A model generated the notes under the pieces. That model was not told where the DNA came from, searched no databases, and was given only the letters and a program-made list of their open reading frames with translations. From assembly GCA_038062375.1 (NCBI GenBank), contig JBBTXG010000005.1, forward strand, positions 51,273-115,272: DNA of 64,000 nt. Reading direction: 5' to 3'. This document shows positions 15,481 to 25,369 of the stretch, in pieces. The stretch is from Patescibacteria group bacterium. GTDB lineage: Bacteria > Patescibacteriota > Minisyncoccia > Minisyncoccales > UBA10102. Position 1 is the stretch's first letter, and each line of letters begins with the position of its first letter. Both the position numbers and the translations under genes were made by a program.

Positions 15481-17077
15481 TGAATTCTCCGAACAAGGGG
15501 TGAGGATGCAAAGGCCTCGATTTGAATTCCGGATGAAACTGCGTTCCAAGGAAAAAAGGATGGTCTTTCAACTCAATGATCTCGACTAAGTCTCGCTCGG
15601 GATTTATTCCAGACATTACCATCCCTTTATTCTCGAGCAATTCCCGGTATTGATTGTTGAGTTCGTAGCGGTGTCGGTGACGTTCTGAAATATCTTGGAC
15701 CCCATATGCGCGCAAGGCAATCGTCTCTTTCTGGAGCTTACATGGATATGCTCCAAGGCGCATGGTGGCGCCATATCTTTTTTCTTTCAAAAGGAGTTTT
15801 TGCTCTGCCATTACATCAATCACGGGGTGTTTGGCGTCTTGCTCAAATTCGCTTGATGTCGCGTCTTGAAGACCGCATATATTTCTCGCAAATTCAATCA
15901 CCGCCAGCTGCATTCCAAAGCAAAGCCCAAAGTACGGAATCTTTTGTTCTCTGCAGAACTGAATCGCTCTGATCTTTCCTTCTACCCCTCGCGTGCCAAA
16001 ACCACCTGGCACAATAATGCCCTCAAAGCTTTTCAATTCTTGGAGCGCTGCTGGATCTTTCTCATACTTTTCTGCCGAAAGCCATACATTCTGGGCGTCT
16101 CGTTTGTTTGCCCAACTCGCATGCTTGATGGCTTCGATCACCGAGATATACGAATCCATCAGTGTGAACTCTCCAGTCTCGAAGTATTTCCCTACAATAC
16201 CAATACGCACTTTCGCTTTGGGAGCTTTGATCACTTCCACGAGTTTTCCCCACTCTTTCAAATCGAGCGAGCGATGGGTTTCATTGAATTTTTCTAATAT
16301 CCTCGCTCCAAGATTTTCGTTTTCAAAATTGACTGGAACCTCGTAAATAGATTCCACGTCAGGCGCAGAAATAACATCCTCGACATGCACATTGCAAGAT
16401 TGCGAGATTTTTTCTTTGCGGGGTTTATCCACTGGAACTTCTGCTCTCGCAATGATAACGTCTGGCTGAATGCCCGTGGCGTTCAAGGCACGCACCGCGT
16501 TTTGAGTCGGCTTTGTCTTCATTTCTCCGATCGAACGAGGAACCGGGAGATAAGAAACCAAAATGAAGAGAACCGATTGAGGCAGCGACAATCGAAGCAT
16601 CCTTGCTGCTTCGAGAAACAGCATATTCTGATATTCTCCCACTGTTCCTCCAATCTCTACAAGTACAAAATCTGCTTTTTCAGAATCGGCGAGTGCTTGA
16701 ATTCGAGAAATGACTTCCAAGGGAATATGAGGAACTACTTCCACGCATTTTCCATCGTATTCTAAATTTCTTTCGCGAGTAATCACTGCCTGGTATACTC
16801 TTCCGGTGGTCAGATAATTGAGTGTGGTGAAATTTCGATCGAGGAACCTTTCATAGTTTCCAATATCTTGATCGCATTCGGTGCCGTCATCAGTTACAAA
16901 AACTTCCCCGTGCTCGAGAGGATTCATCGTGCCTGCATCCACATTAATGTAGGGGTCGATTTTGAGAACAGTAACATGGAAACCCTTACTCTGAAGGATC
17001 TTTGCAAGGGAAGCTGTTGCGATCCCCTTCCCTACTCCAGACATGACTCCACCTGCAACAAAAATGTACCTTACCAT
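15461..17077 (-). CDS. pyrG: CTP synthase
   Basis: 538 aa. YIFVAGGVMSGVGKGIATASL N-terminus and GLCFGMQLAVIEFARN glutaminase site. Confidence 0.97.
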   Translation of the reverse strand: MVRYIFVAGGVMSGVGKGIATASLAKILQSKGFHVTVLKIDPYINVDAGTMNPLEHGEVFVTDDGTECDQDIGNYERFLDRNFTTLNYLTTGRVYQAVITRERNLEYDGKCVEVVPHIPLEVISRIQALADSEKADFVLVEIGGTVGEYQNMLFLEAARMLRLSLPQSVLFILVSYLPVPRSIGEMKTKPTQNAVRALNATGIQPDVIIARAEVPVDKPRKEKISQSCNVHVEDVISAPDVESIYEVPVNFENENLGARILEKFNETHRSLDLKEWGKLVEVIKAPKAKVRIGIVGKYFETGEFTLMDSYISVIEAIKHASWANKRDAQNVWLSAEKYEKDPAALQELKSFEGIIVPGGFGTRGVEGKIRAIQFCREQKIPYFGLCFGMQLAVIEFARNICGLQDATSSEFEQDAKHPVIDVMAEQKLLLKEKRYGATMRLGAYPCKLQKETIALRAYGVQDISERHRHRYELNNQYRELLENKGMVMSGINPERDLVEIIELKDHPFFLGTQFHPEFKSRPLHPHPLFGEFITACLK

Positions 17078-17523
17078 TATGTTTCTCCCGTCACGATTAC
17101 TCGTATTTCAACTTCGAGATTATGGTCCAAATTTATTTTGACAGGAAATTCTCCAACTTCTCGAATGGGCTGTTCAAGGGAGATATTATTCTTTTTCAGT
17201 TCAAAACCCATCTCTTTCAATCGCTCTGCAATTTTCTGCGATGTAATAGACTCAAAGAGCTGTCCCTCCTCTCCAATTTTTACAACAATAGACACCTCCA
17301 ACTCATCGAGGTTTGAAGCTAATGCCTGAACTTCTTTTAACCCTTCCTCTGCTTTTTGGGCCGCAATCTCACTTTGTGTTTCCAACCACTTGAGTGCTTC
17401 CGGACTTGCTTTTTTCACGAGTCCTCGAGGAATCAAAAAATTCCTGGCATATCCATCCGCCACTTCTTTCACCTCAAACTTTTTTCCGAGATTTTCCACC
17501 TCTCCAAGAAGAATAACCTTCAT
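17077..17523 (-). CDS. rplI: 50S ribosomal protein L9
   Basis: [35 protein letters not shown]. Confidence 0.95.
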   Translation of the reverse strand: MKVILLGEVENLGKKFEVKEVADGYARNFLIPRGLVKKASPEALKWLETQSEIAAQKAEEGLKEVQALASNLDELEVSIVVKIGEEGQLFESITSQKIAERLKEMGFELKKNNISLEQPIREVGEFPVKINLDHNLEVEIRVIVTGET

Positions 17524-17535
17524 ATGCTTAGTATT

Positions 17536-18750
17536 TCATAGATTTCTCAATACTTCAAGTGCTTTTTCCATCTGCGGATCCCGATTGTTGGAAAAATCTT
17601 CTTCGGTAATTTCCACTTCCTGATCAACGGTAAGTCCTTTTCCCGTAATAAGAATGCCCTTGGGCGTCAGCCAGTTTGCCACCGTCACCTTAATGGAAGA
17701 ATCATCTTTGAGCTTTTCTAACTCCTGAACAGAACCCTTGCCAAATGAATTCTTTCCCATGAGGAGAACCCCGTGGTGATCTCGAAGAGCACCCGCGAGA
17801 ATTTCCGAAGCAGAAGCAGAACCCTCATTGATCAACACCACCATTGTGTATTCACCAAAGCGGGCATTTCCCCTCGCCTTATATTCTTTTCGCGTTTGGT
17901 CAGTTCCAAAATCTTCAATAACCACCACTTCTCCATTCTTTATAAACCAGCCTGCAATATCAACCGCAATCTCGAGAAATCCGCCTGGATTATTCCGAAG
18001 GTCGAGGATAAGTTTTCTTGCGTTCGTCAAAAGGATCTCTCCAGCTACCTTTTGAAATTCTCGATTTGCTTTTTCTGAAAAATGGAAGAGTTTGAGATAC
18101 GCGATATTCCCCTCTTTGAGTTCCCAACGGAGAGCAGGAATCTTAATAACATCTCTTTCAATAACAAACTTTTGCGCCTTTGTCCAATCGTCTCGCAAAA
18201 TCTCGAGTTCAACCGTAGTTCCTTTGGGCCCTCGGATAAGAGAAACTGCTTCGTCAAGAGTCATGTCATTGGTAAAAGTATCTCCAATTTTCACCATATG
18301 ATCACCAGATCTAATTCCTGCTTTTTGAGCGGGGGTACCTTCTAAAGGAGCAATAACCTTGAGCTTTTTCTCTCGGATTCCAATCTCCATTCCAATTCCC
18401 TCAAAGGAACCCGATACATCCTCAAGAAATCGCTTGGTGTCTTGAGGATTTAAAAAGGCAGTATAAGGATCACCTAGACTCTCTACCATGCCCTTGATAG
18501 CTCCCTGCACCATTGCCTGATAATTAAGTTTTGCGGCGTCAACATATTTTTCCTGGATAACTCTCCACGCGTCCCAAAACAACGAAAAATCTACGTATTC
18601 TGGCTTTCCTGCCTCGAGATTCGTTACCCCTTCAATGGGAGGCGCGTATCCTTGAATCTTCCCAAATTCAAAACCAACAGCAAAAATAGCAATGATGCCC
18701 GCAGAAAGAAGAATCAGCAAGAACAATGTCTTTCCTCCTTTTGCATTCAT
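17536..18750 (-). CDS. ctpA: carboxy-terminal processing (S41) peptidase
   Basis: 404 aa. N-terminal TM helix, a PDZ segment, and VLINEGSASASEILAGAL...GKNSFGKGSVQ. Confidence 0.9.
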   Translation of the reverse strand: MNAKGGKTLFLLILLSAGIIAIFAVGFEFGKIQGYAPPIEGVTNLEAGKPEYVDFSLFWDAWRVIQEKYVDAAKLNYQAMVQGAIKGMVESLGDPYTAFLNPQDTKRFLEDVSGSFEGIGMEIGIREKKLKVIAPLEGTPAQKAGIRSGDHMVKIGDTFTNDMTLDEAVSLIRGPKGTTVELEILRDDWTKAQKFVIERDVIKIPALRWELKEGNIAYLKLFHFSEKANREFQKVAGEILLTNARKLILDLRNNPGGFLEIAVDIAGWFIKNGEVVVIEDFGTDQTRKEYKARGNARFGEYTMVVLINEGSASASEILAGALRDHHGVLLMGKNSFGKGSVQELEKLKDDSSIKVTVANWLTPKGILITGKGLTVDQEVEITEEDFSNNRDPQMEKALEVLRNL

Positions 18751-18922
18751 TAAAAAGTACTATAGCATAACAAAATAAAAGAGAAAAGACTTTCTCCCGA
18801 AGAACTTTCTTGGAGGAATAAAAAATACCAGCGAGGAAAAGAATTATATCTTTTTCTCTCGCTGGCTTCTTTGAAAAGTACCCCACCCTCTCCACTCTCT
18901 ACGTAATCTGCATCACTTCCCG

Positions 18923-18947
18923 TTGTGCGAGGCTTAGCCTAGCACAA
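18923..18947. repeat. palindromic terminator-like repeat, copy 1
   Basis: TTGTGCGAGGCTTAGCCTAGCACAA, immediately after the dinB stop codon. Related copies at 27305..27326 and 32622..32650. Confidence 0.6.
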
Positions 18948-18948
18948 T

Positions 18949-20016
18949 TCATTGTAAGCTCACTCGGATACCAATTAATCGAATAGGATTGGGATTTTCT
19001 GCAATAAACCGTAGGAAGAGTTTCATTGCCTCACGCCTCAATAAGGCAGGGGCTCTGAAAGCAGGAACAAGCGTTTTTGATTTGGTGTGAGTCTCAAAAC
19101 CACTAAAGCGGCACTTCACGATAATAGTAGAAAAGCAGTAGTGGTACTCTTGAGTTTCCATGAGGAGTTCTCCAAAGAGCTTATTGAATGTTTCTATGAG
19201 AACTTGAGGGTCTCTCGTATCATGCTCAAATGTATATTCTTTGCCGACTGATTTTATTTCTTTCTCTAAAATCACGGGATCCTCATCTATTCCTCTTGCT
19301 TTCTCGTAGATCTGGACGCCTCGAACACCAAACAACTTCTCGAGTCTTTCTTTTGAAACTTCTTTGAGATCTTGAACAGTTGCAATATGATAAGACTTGA
19401 GTATCTCGGCTGTCTTTGATCCTATTCCTGGAATTTCTTCAATGTCTAGAGGCTCCAGAAATTGTTCAATCCCTTCTGGTTTTACCACGAGGCAGCCATT
19501 TGGTTTTGCTTTTTCGCAAGCAATCTTTGCAATTATCTTATTTGGTCCAACCCCGCACGTACCCGTCAGCCTCTCTTGCGTAAAAATTTCTTGTCGAAGT
19601 AATCGTGCGAGCCTTTCTGCTTCTTTCCAGCGCTCCGTTTCATCACCACTTTCTACGATCACAGGAAGCTTGGTAACGTCCATGTACGCTTCATCGAGAG
19701 AAACTTGTTCGGTGACGGGAAAACGCACTCGAATGATCTGCATAATGCGCTCTGAAACCTCACCATAAAGCTTACTCTGCACGGGCAAAAATATCGCATG
19801 AGGACACAACTGATATGCCTTTGAGATTGGCATTGCAGAATGAATGCCATATTTCCTTGCTTGGTAGTTTGCAGTTGAAACTACTCCCCTCCCCTTTCCA
19901 CCTTTGGGATCAGCACCAACCACAACCGGCTTCCCCTTAAACTGCGGATTTTCCCGTTCCTCCACCTGCGCAAAGAAACAATCCATGTCGATATGCAAAA
20001 TGATTCGATCCTCCAT
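18949..20016 (-). CDS. dinB: DNA polymerase IV
   Basis: ATG MEDRIILHIDMDCFFAQVEERENPQFKGKPVVVG; the track ORF opens 36 nt upstream at a TTG. Confidence 0.93.
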   Translation of the reverse strand: MEDRIILHIDMDCFFAQVEERENPQFKGKPVVVGADPKGGKGRGVVSTANYQARKYGIHSAMPISKAYQLCPHAIFLPVQSKLYGEVSERIMQIIRVRFPVTEQVSLDEAYMDVTKLPVIVESGDETERWKEAERLARLLRQEIFTQERLTGTCGVGPNKIIAKIACEKAKPNGCLVVKPEGIEQFLEPLDIEEIPGIGSKTAEILKSYHIATVQDLKEVSKERLEKLFGVRGVQIYEKARGIDEDPVILEKEIKSVGKEYTFEHDTRDPQVLIETFNKLFGELLMETQEYHYCFSTIIVKCRFSGFETHTKSKTLVPAFRAPALLRREAMKLFLRFIAENPNPIRLIGIRVSLQ

Positions 20017-20074
20017 ACACAAACAACAGGAGCACCCGGTAAGGTGCTCCAAATTCTAATGTAAAAAAGAAGTT

Positions 20075-20347
20075 CTACCGGAGGGCATCCCTCAAACCCT
20101 TTCCCGCCTTGAATCGTGGCACTGTTCTTGCAGGAATTTGTACGGTTTCGCCTGTTCGAGGATTTCTTCCTTGACGAGCAGCTCTCCTGGAAGATCCAAA
20201 TGTGCCAAATCCGGTGAGGGTTACAGAGTCTCCACTTTTTAAGGAATTGGTAATGGAATTAAGCATTGTCTCAAGCGCATCGCTCGCTGCTTTCTTTGAA
20301 ATATTGGCCTTCGTCGCCATCGCCTCAATAAGTTGTTCTTTATTCAT
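20075..20347 (-). CDS. hup: HU-family DNA-binding protein
   Basis: 90 aa. MNKEQLIEAMA...GFGTFGSSRRAARQGRNPRTGETVQIPARTVPRFKAGK. Confidence 0.95.
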   Translation of the reverse strand: MNKEQLIEAMATKANISKKAASDALETMLNSITNSLKSGDSVTLTGFGTFGSSRRAARQGRNPRTGETVQIPARTVPRFKAGKGLRDALR

Positions 20348-20396
20348 GAGAATACCTCTGATTTATGAAATACGACCTTTCCCTGCAAAGAAAGAT

Positions 20397-22133
20397 TTAC
20401 CACGCAGTAACTTTTATGAGATCAACATTCGCATCTTCTTCAGCTCCAGACATTTTCCCACGGAATCGAAGCCGAAGGTTTGGTATGCTGTTTAACTCAA
20501 TACTTTTATTGTGCCATTTATTTTCTTGGTCCACATTTCCGCGCAAACGTCCTTTTTCGTTCCAAGTCGCTCCTCCATTTGTTGAAACATCGAAGGCAAT
20601 ATACTCTCCTTTATCAAGACTGCTCTCAATATACCACGAAAAAGTGATCTTCGCATTTGTTTTTCCCTGCAAATCAATCGGAGAAGAGATGAGTGCGGCA
20701 TTTGAGGCATATCCATCGACTTGCGCAGAATAGATTCCATCTACTGCCCGCTGCGTTGATTGAAACCAATCATTCTGTGCATCTTGGGTCCAATTCCCTA
20801 AACCGCCTTCAAAACTATCCATCCATACAACAGTTTCAGGCGGCGGGGGCGGACCAGGAGTCCACGCCAAAGCAGCTTGTGCATTCACGAGACCGTATCC
20901 ATAGATATCATCCCTGCCAGAAGCTCCCAGGTCTTCTGCGCTTTGTTCAAGAGCTTGACGGACTTGAGTTGGAGTTGTGGCATTGCCTTTGGAAATCACC
21001 ATTGCTGCCACTCCTGCCACATGAGGAGTTGCCATAGATGTTCCTTGGAAGAACCAATATCCAAGATCTGCTCTGTTTTTGGTATTGGGATTAAAAGTAT
21101 TCTGCAAAACTCCATCTGCGTATCCATCGCCATTCTGGTCAACATTGAGATCTCCTCCAGGGCCCATGATATCAAGATTTGTCCCGTAGTTTGAATAGAA
21201 AGCGCGCGTCTCGTCATAGCGAGTTGCTCCTACTGCAACTGCGTAGCTATCGTATGCCGCGGGATAAGAAATAGTATTTGTTCCATCATTTCCCGCCGCG
21301 GCGACAATGGTAACTCCTTTGCCATAGGCATACGCCAAAGCCTCCTCTAAATAGCTCGCAGGAGAAGGGCCACCAAGAGAAAGGTTTATAACCTTCGCTC
21401 CATTATCGGCAGCAAATCTGATTCCGTCTGCGACATTGGCGTATGTGCCGCTCCCATTTTTATCAAGTACTTTCACGGGCATAATGCAAGAACTAAATGC
21501 AACCCCTGCGACGCCTTTCCCATTATTTGTGCTTTGAGCAACAGTGCCTGCAACATGGGTTCCATGGGAGTTATCATCGTTCGCATGTGTATCATTTTCT
21601 ACAAAGTCATATCCTCCCACAAAACACGTATTTGCCAAATCCGGAGCCAAGTAATACTTTTGCAATCCATTTTGATAGTCTTCATAAGCCACACCCGTAT
21701 CAACAACCGCGACCACTACTCCTGTACCGCTCGATACATCCCACGCGGGCTCGGTATGAATGCCTCCATATACTCCATTGGAAAAATGCCATTGAAGACT
21801 ATAGTACGTATCATCTGGCACCAAGGAGGCTTTCGCAATATAATTCGGTTCCGCATATTCCACATCCGGACGGCTTCGATATTGCAAAAGTGTTGCTTGC
21901 ACATCTTGGAATCGGGGAATGCTCACTTTTTGAAACCAATTTTCTCCTTTGAACTTTACAATCATTTCGCCTTGCACATATCCATTTCCTCCATGAGTAC
22001 CATATCCATCGAGAAATTGATTTGCTTCATGTACTTCTCCCAATCCAAAAGCAGATCCAACCCCACTCGAAAACAGAAGACCAACACTCAAGATTACAAT
22101 ACGCAACATAGAGAATATACTATTTCTTCTCAT
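20397..22133 (-). CDS. secreted subtilisin-like (S8) serine protease with a C-terminal beta-sandwich-like domain
   Basis: Signal peptide. Catalytic D (VVDTGV), H (HGTHVAGT) and S (GTSMATPHVAG). PGPPPPP linker, then a ~150-aa extra domain. Confidence 0.9.
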   Translation of the reverse strand: MRRNSIFSMLRIVILSVGLLFSSGVGSAFGLGEVHEANQFLDGYGTHGGNGYVQGEMIVKFKGENWFQKVSIPRFQDVQATLLQYRSRPDVEYAEPNYIAKASLVPDDTYYSLQWHFSNGVYGGIHTEPAWDVSSGTGVVVAVVDTGVAYEDYQNGLQKYYLAPDLANTCFVGGYDFVENDTHANDDNSHGTHVAGTVAQSTNNGKGVAGVAFSSCIMPVKVLDKNGSGTYANVADGIRFAADNGAKVINLSLGGPSPASYLEEALAYAYGKGVTIVAAAGNDGTNTISYPAAYDSYAVAVGATRYDETRAFYSNYGTNLDIMGPGGDLNVDQNGDGYADGVLQNTFNPNTKNRADLGYWFFQGTSMATPHVAGVAAMVISKGNATTPTQVRQALEQSAEDLGASGRDDIYGYGLVNAQAALAWTPGPPPPPETVVWMDSFEGGLGNWTQDAQNDWFQSTQRAVDGIYSAQVDGYASNAALISSPIDLQGKTNAKITFSWYIESSLDKGEYIAFDVSTNGGATWNEKGRLRGNVDQENKWHNKSIELNSIPNLRLRFRGKMSGAEEDANVDLIKVTAW

Positions 22134-22231
22134 ACTTTTTTATGATATTACTTATATCCTTATCCTAGACTACCAAACACCAGCAGAGGAAGTCAAGAGG
22201 CAGAGCCGTAACTGCTCCATGGGGTTATCTG

Positions 22232-22365
22232 CTCGGAATATAATCTGAAGGACTACCCGCAGCGAATTTGCATGGTTCCCGAGGACTGTCGAGGGAAAAT
22301 TCGCGAGGAACTAAGCTTGCGCCTCGCTGGAGGCGCAGAGCGCGTCCTTCAGATTATATTCCGAG
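22232..22365. repeat. 134-nt element closed by a perfect 22-bp inverted repeat (candidate structured RNA or MITE-like element)
   Basis: CTCGGAATATAATCTGAAGGAC at 22232..22253 has its exact reverse complement at 22344..22365. The interior forms two further hairpins (CGAATTT/AAATTCG and GCGCCTC/GAGGCGC). Confidence 0.55.
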
Positions 22366-22381
22366 AGCAATTACTCGTAAA

Positions 22382-24799
22382 CTATCCTTCCTCGTTTTTT
22401 TCTTCCTTTTGCTGTGGTCTTACCACATTAATGCCGCTCGAAGCGATGTTTGATTCTACTTCGTACCCTCCATTCCATGTCCCTCCCATTCCCTTCACCT
22501 GTGCTCTGTTGATGTAGATGCCGGCCTTGGCATCTTTGCTGAACACCGTTGTATATTCTACGATAATTTCTTCGTGGGGAAAAATTTGGTCAAGCTCCCA
22601 TTTCTTTTGGTGCACCACTTCTCCTTTCTCGTTTTCTAAAGCATCGCTAAGTACGGCGTGATAAGCCGGCCAGTCGCTCTCGTTCATGATAACCACCCTA
22701 TAGTCAACAGTGCCTCCGGGAGGAATAAGGTGATAAGAAGTACGACTCTTTACAATGTGCAAATCAGGCTTTGGAGTAAAAGGACGAAACACACAGTCGA
22801 CACATGCGGAGCGCGACTCGAGATTCGAGGGAGGTAGAGGAGGCATTTCTCGAAAAACTGCAAAGCTTACGGTTTCAAAATTATCTTCGTTATTCTCATC
22901 GGTTTCAAAACTCTCCACAGCCACCTTGCTTGTAACTTGAGTAGAGCCATAGGGAATATCCTGATTCACGTTTGCTGCGAAAGAAATTTCTTTTGACCCT
23001 CCTGCCAGAATAGTTCCAAGATCCCAAGATATTTCATCTCCCTGAACGCTTGCCCCATCTTCTATTGAAGCTAAGGTGAGATAACTGTTCTCAAATGTAC
23101 CTTTGAGATTCACCTTCGTTGCATCAGCGTCTCCATTGTTGACTACCGTAAGATGATACATAACTTTCTCCCCAGGTCCGATGGGATCTCGAGGAACTTC
23201 AACGCGTTCTCCAACCCAAAGATCAGGCCTTCCAAAAGCAACATTCCCCTTCCAATCTCCGAGAATATTGATAAGAGCAAGTATCCAGTTCCTGCCGATC
23301 ACATTGGTGTTCACCACATTCACAAGATTTGCAACCGCATATGCATTTCCAGTTTCAATGATTCCTTCCCCATCGTTTTCAATCTTATTTTTTCCAGTGA
23401 GCGCAAATACCTGTATGTTATTCTTGAGGGAAGCATCATTCGCGTTTTCGATATTTCTCTCAAAACCTGACTGCGACTGGTCAACACACATTTGTTTTTG
23501 GAGATCAAGAGACGGATCGCTATAAAGGATGAGGCCATCTGAAGTTTCTTGCCACACAATGCCAGGGGGCAGACTAAACATATTTCCGGCCCAATCGCCT
23601 GCGATTCGAAAAAGAGCAAAAAAGGAGCTTCCGCCGAAAAGATTGGTATTTACCTGATTTACTGTATTCGCTGCGGCAAACGAGGAACCGGTGCGCACCG
23701 CACTTGTTCCTTGGGCGCTCAATGCTTCGTTGGCTCCAGTCTGTGCACGGACCTCTATGGTGTTTTCTACCTGGGCTTGGTTGTGGTTCTCAATTATGGT
23801 TTGCGAGGAATTATCTGTCGTCTGGCAAGCCTCGGGCAACCCTTCTTGCGTTCCATTTCGATCTCCGGGCGAAGAAAAGAATTGAGAGAAAAATGACGCC
23901 GCAGGGAACACCATATCACCTTGCAACGAACCAAAATTATTTGCAACAAAGAAGAGATAGTTGGAATCGACAATATTGGTATTTACGATATTTACCATAT
24001 TCGCAGCTCCATATGCTGCGCCCGTCTGGATAGAACCGCCTCCGTTGCTATTGGAAACTGCGTTCATTCCTGTAATGGATCGCACGATCATGGTGTTTGT
24101 GACGGCAGCGCTGCTTTGAGATTGCGCATCAAGATCAATCGTATCGCACCCTGCCAAAGGACACTTGGCTCCCTCCAGCCAATTCCCTTGGCTAAAAAGA
24201 TCAAGATTCCTCAAATCAATATCTCCGAGCAATCCTCGAAAATTGGAAAACAACAAAAACAATCCATTGGAATCGAGTATATTGGCATTGACCACATTCA
24301 CGACCGTAGCACTTGCTTGTGCTTGACCCGATTGAATTGCTGCATCTTCCCCATCTTCCGTAACCGTGTTTCCACCGGTTTGAGATTCTACTTCGGTCGT
24401 ATTGACTACCTTCGCCTCATTTTCCCCTTCAAGCTGAACTTCAGAATGCTCATTCGCTTCTGCTTGAGCATCACTCGTATCTCCACTCACTTGTTCTTGA
24501 ATGGCAGGGTCAGGAGAACGAGAACTGCCATCTTCTTGATCTTGAGGCTGTTCCGTAGAAATTTCCTGTTGTGAATCTTCTGTCGGTGAAGATGGAGTAG
24601 ATACTTGCTCTTGCTCTGAAGATTCCTCTGTGCTTTCTTGCGCGGTCTCTGTTTCTTGCGCGCTTGAAAAATTCAGTTCAAAAACAGAAACGGCTCCATA
24701 GAAAAAAAAGATCAATCCAAATCCAATCCCAAACAGAATTTTGGAGAATTTTGCCGGAAGATAATTGAAGAAAAATATGTTAAAAAATGGTGAGCCCAT
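22382..24799 (-). CDS. large membrane-anchored surface protein: acidic linker + 4 novel repeats + 2 DUF11-like domains
   Basis: Start taken at MGSPFFNIFFF... (an ATG at 24886 is also possible). There are four copies of V..[TQ]TG.N...(I/V).TG.A.A.AN.VN.VNTN. The C-terminal region has DUF11-like segments (GEKVMYHLTVVNNGDADATKVNL; GGTVDYRVVIMNESDWPA). Confidence 0.8.
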   Translation of the reverse strand: MGSPFFNIFFFNYLPAKFSKILFGIGFGLIFFFYGAVSVFELNFSSAQETETAQESTEESSEQEQVSTPSSPTEDSQQEISTEQPQDQEDGSSRSPDPAIQEQVSGDTSDAQAEANEHSEVQLEGENEAKVVNTTEVESQTGGNTVTEDGEDAAIQSGQAQASATVVNVVNANILDSNGLFLLFSNFRGLLGDIDLRNLDLFSQGNWLEGAKCPLAGCDTIDLDAQSQSSAAVTNTMIVRSITGMNAVSNSNGGGSIQTGAAYGAANMVNIVNTNIVDSNYLFFVANNFGSLQGDMVFPAASFFSQFFSSPGDRNGTQEGLPEACQTTDNSSQTIIENHNQAQVENTIEVRAQTGANEALSAQGTSAVRTGSSFAAANTVNQVNTNLFGGSSFFALFRIAGDWAGNMFSLPPGIVWQETSDGLILYSDPSLDLQKQMCVDQSQSGFERNIENANDASLKNNIQVFALTGKNKIENDGEGIIETGNAYAVANLVNVVNTNVIGRNWILALINILGDWKGNVAFGRPDLWVGERVEVPRDPIGPGEKVMYHLTVVNNGDADATKVNLKGTFENSYLTLASIEDGASVQGDEISWDLGTILAGGSKEISFAANVNQDIPYGSTQVTSKVAVESFETDENNEDNFETVSFAVFREMPPLPPSNLESRSACVDCVFRPFTPKPDLHIVKSRTSYHLIPPGGTVDYRVVIMNESDWPAYHAVLSDALENEKGEVVHQKKWELDQIFPHEEIIVEYTTVFSKDAKAGIYINRAQVKGMGGTWNGGYEVESNIASSGINVVRPQQKEEKNEEG

Positions 24800-25262
24800 G
24801 GAAAGGTTTCCTGAAAAGAGAAGAAAGAAAAAAGAACACTCTTTGCCGCCATGACCGATTCTCGCCTTTCTCGATGTTTGGAACATTCTCGGCTTGTAAA
24901 GCAGATGCTTTACTTCCTCTTGGTGGATCGGCTTTGAGATACGCTTTCGTCTGCACTTTTATCTTTTTTTCCTTATCCTCATAGAAAGACTCTTTCTTTA
25001 ATTCTGCTGGTTTCTTTTCTTGAGAAACAACTCTTTCATCAATTTGTTCAACAATCCTTCCCTCAACTTTCGTCTCAACGCGAATATGTCCTGAAGAATC
25101 GTGTGTGCGCACCTCTTCTCTTTTTGCCACATTCCCACCGCTCAAAGCAGAAACTGAAACGTCATTCGTTATCGAAACTGATTTTGCGGCCACAGCGAGC
25201 GGACTCCAATATCCAACTCCCACTCCAAGAGATATGAGGACTATGTAAAATTCTTTGTTCAT
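24780..25262 (-). CDS. secreted hypothetical protein carrying a partial copy of the cluster repeat
   Basis: ATG MNKEFYIVLISLGVGVGYWSPLAVAA signal peptide. SITNDVSVSALSGGNVAK resembles the first half of the repeat unit. The 3' end overlaps the next gene by 20 nt. Confidence 0.55.
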   Translation of the reverse strand: MNKEFYIVLISLGVGVGYWSPLAVAAKSVSITNDVSVSALSGGNVAKREEVRTHDSSGHIRVETKVEGRIVEQIDERVVSQEKKPAELKKESFYEDKEKKIKVQTKAYLKADPPRGSKASALQAENVPNIEKGENRSWRQRVFFFLSSLFRKPFHGLTIF

Positions 25263-25369
25263 TGGTTCTCCCTCGGGCAAGAGTTTGACCTCTGCTCTGT
25301 ACGAACAATCAAACTCTCGCTCGAAGGAGAAAGCAGTTTCTTTACTACTGCTTTCGCCCTTCGCTCCGA

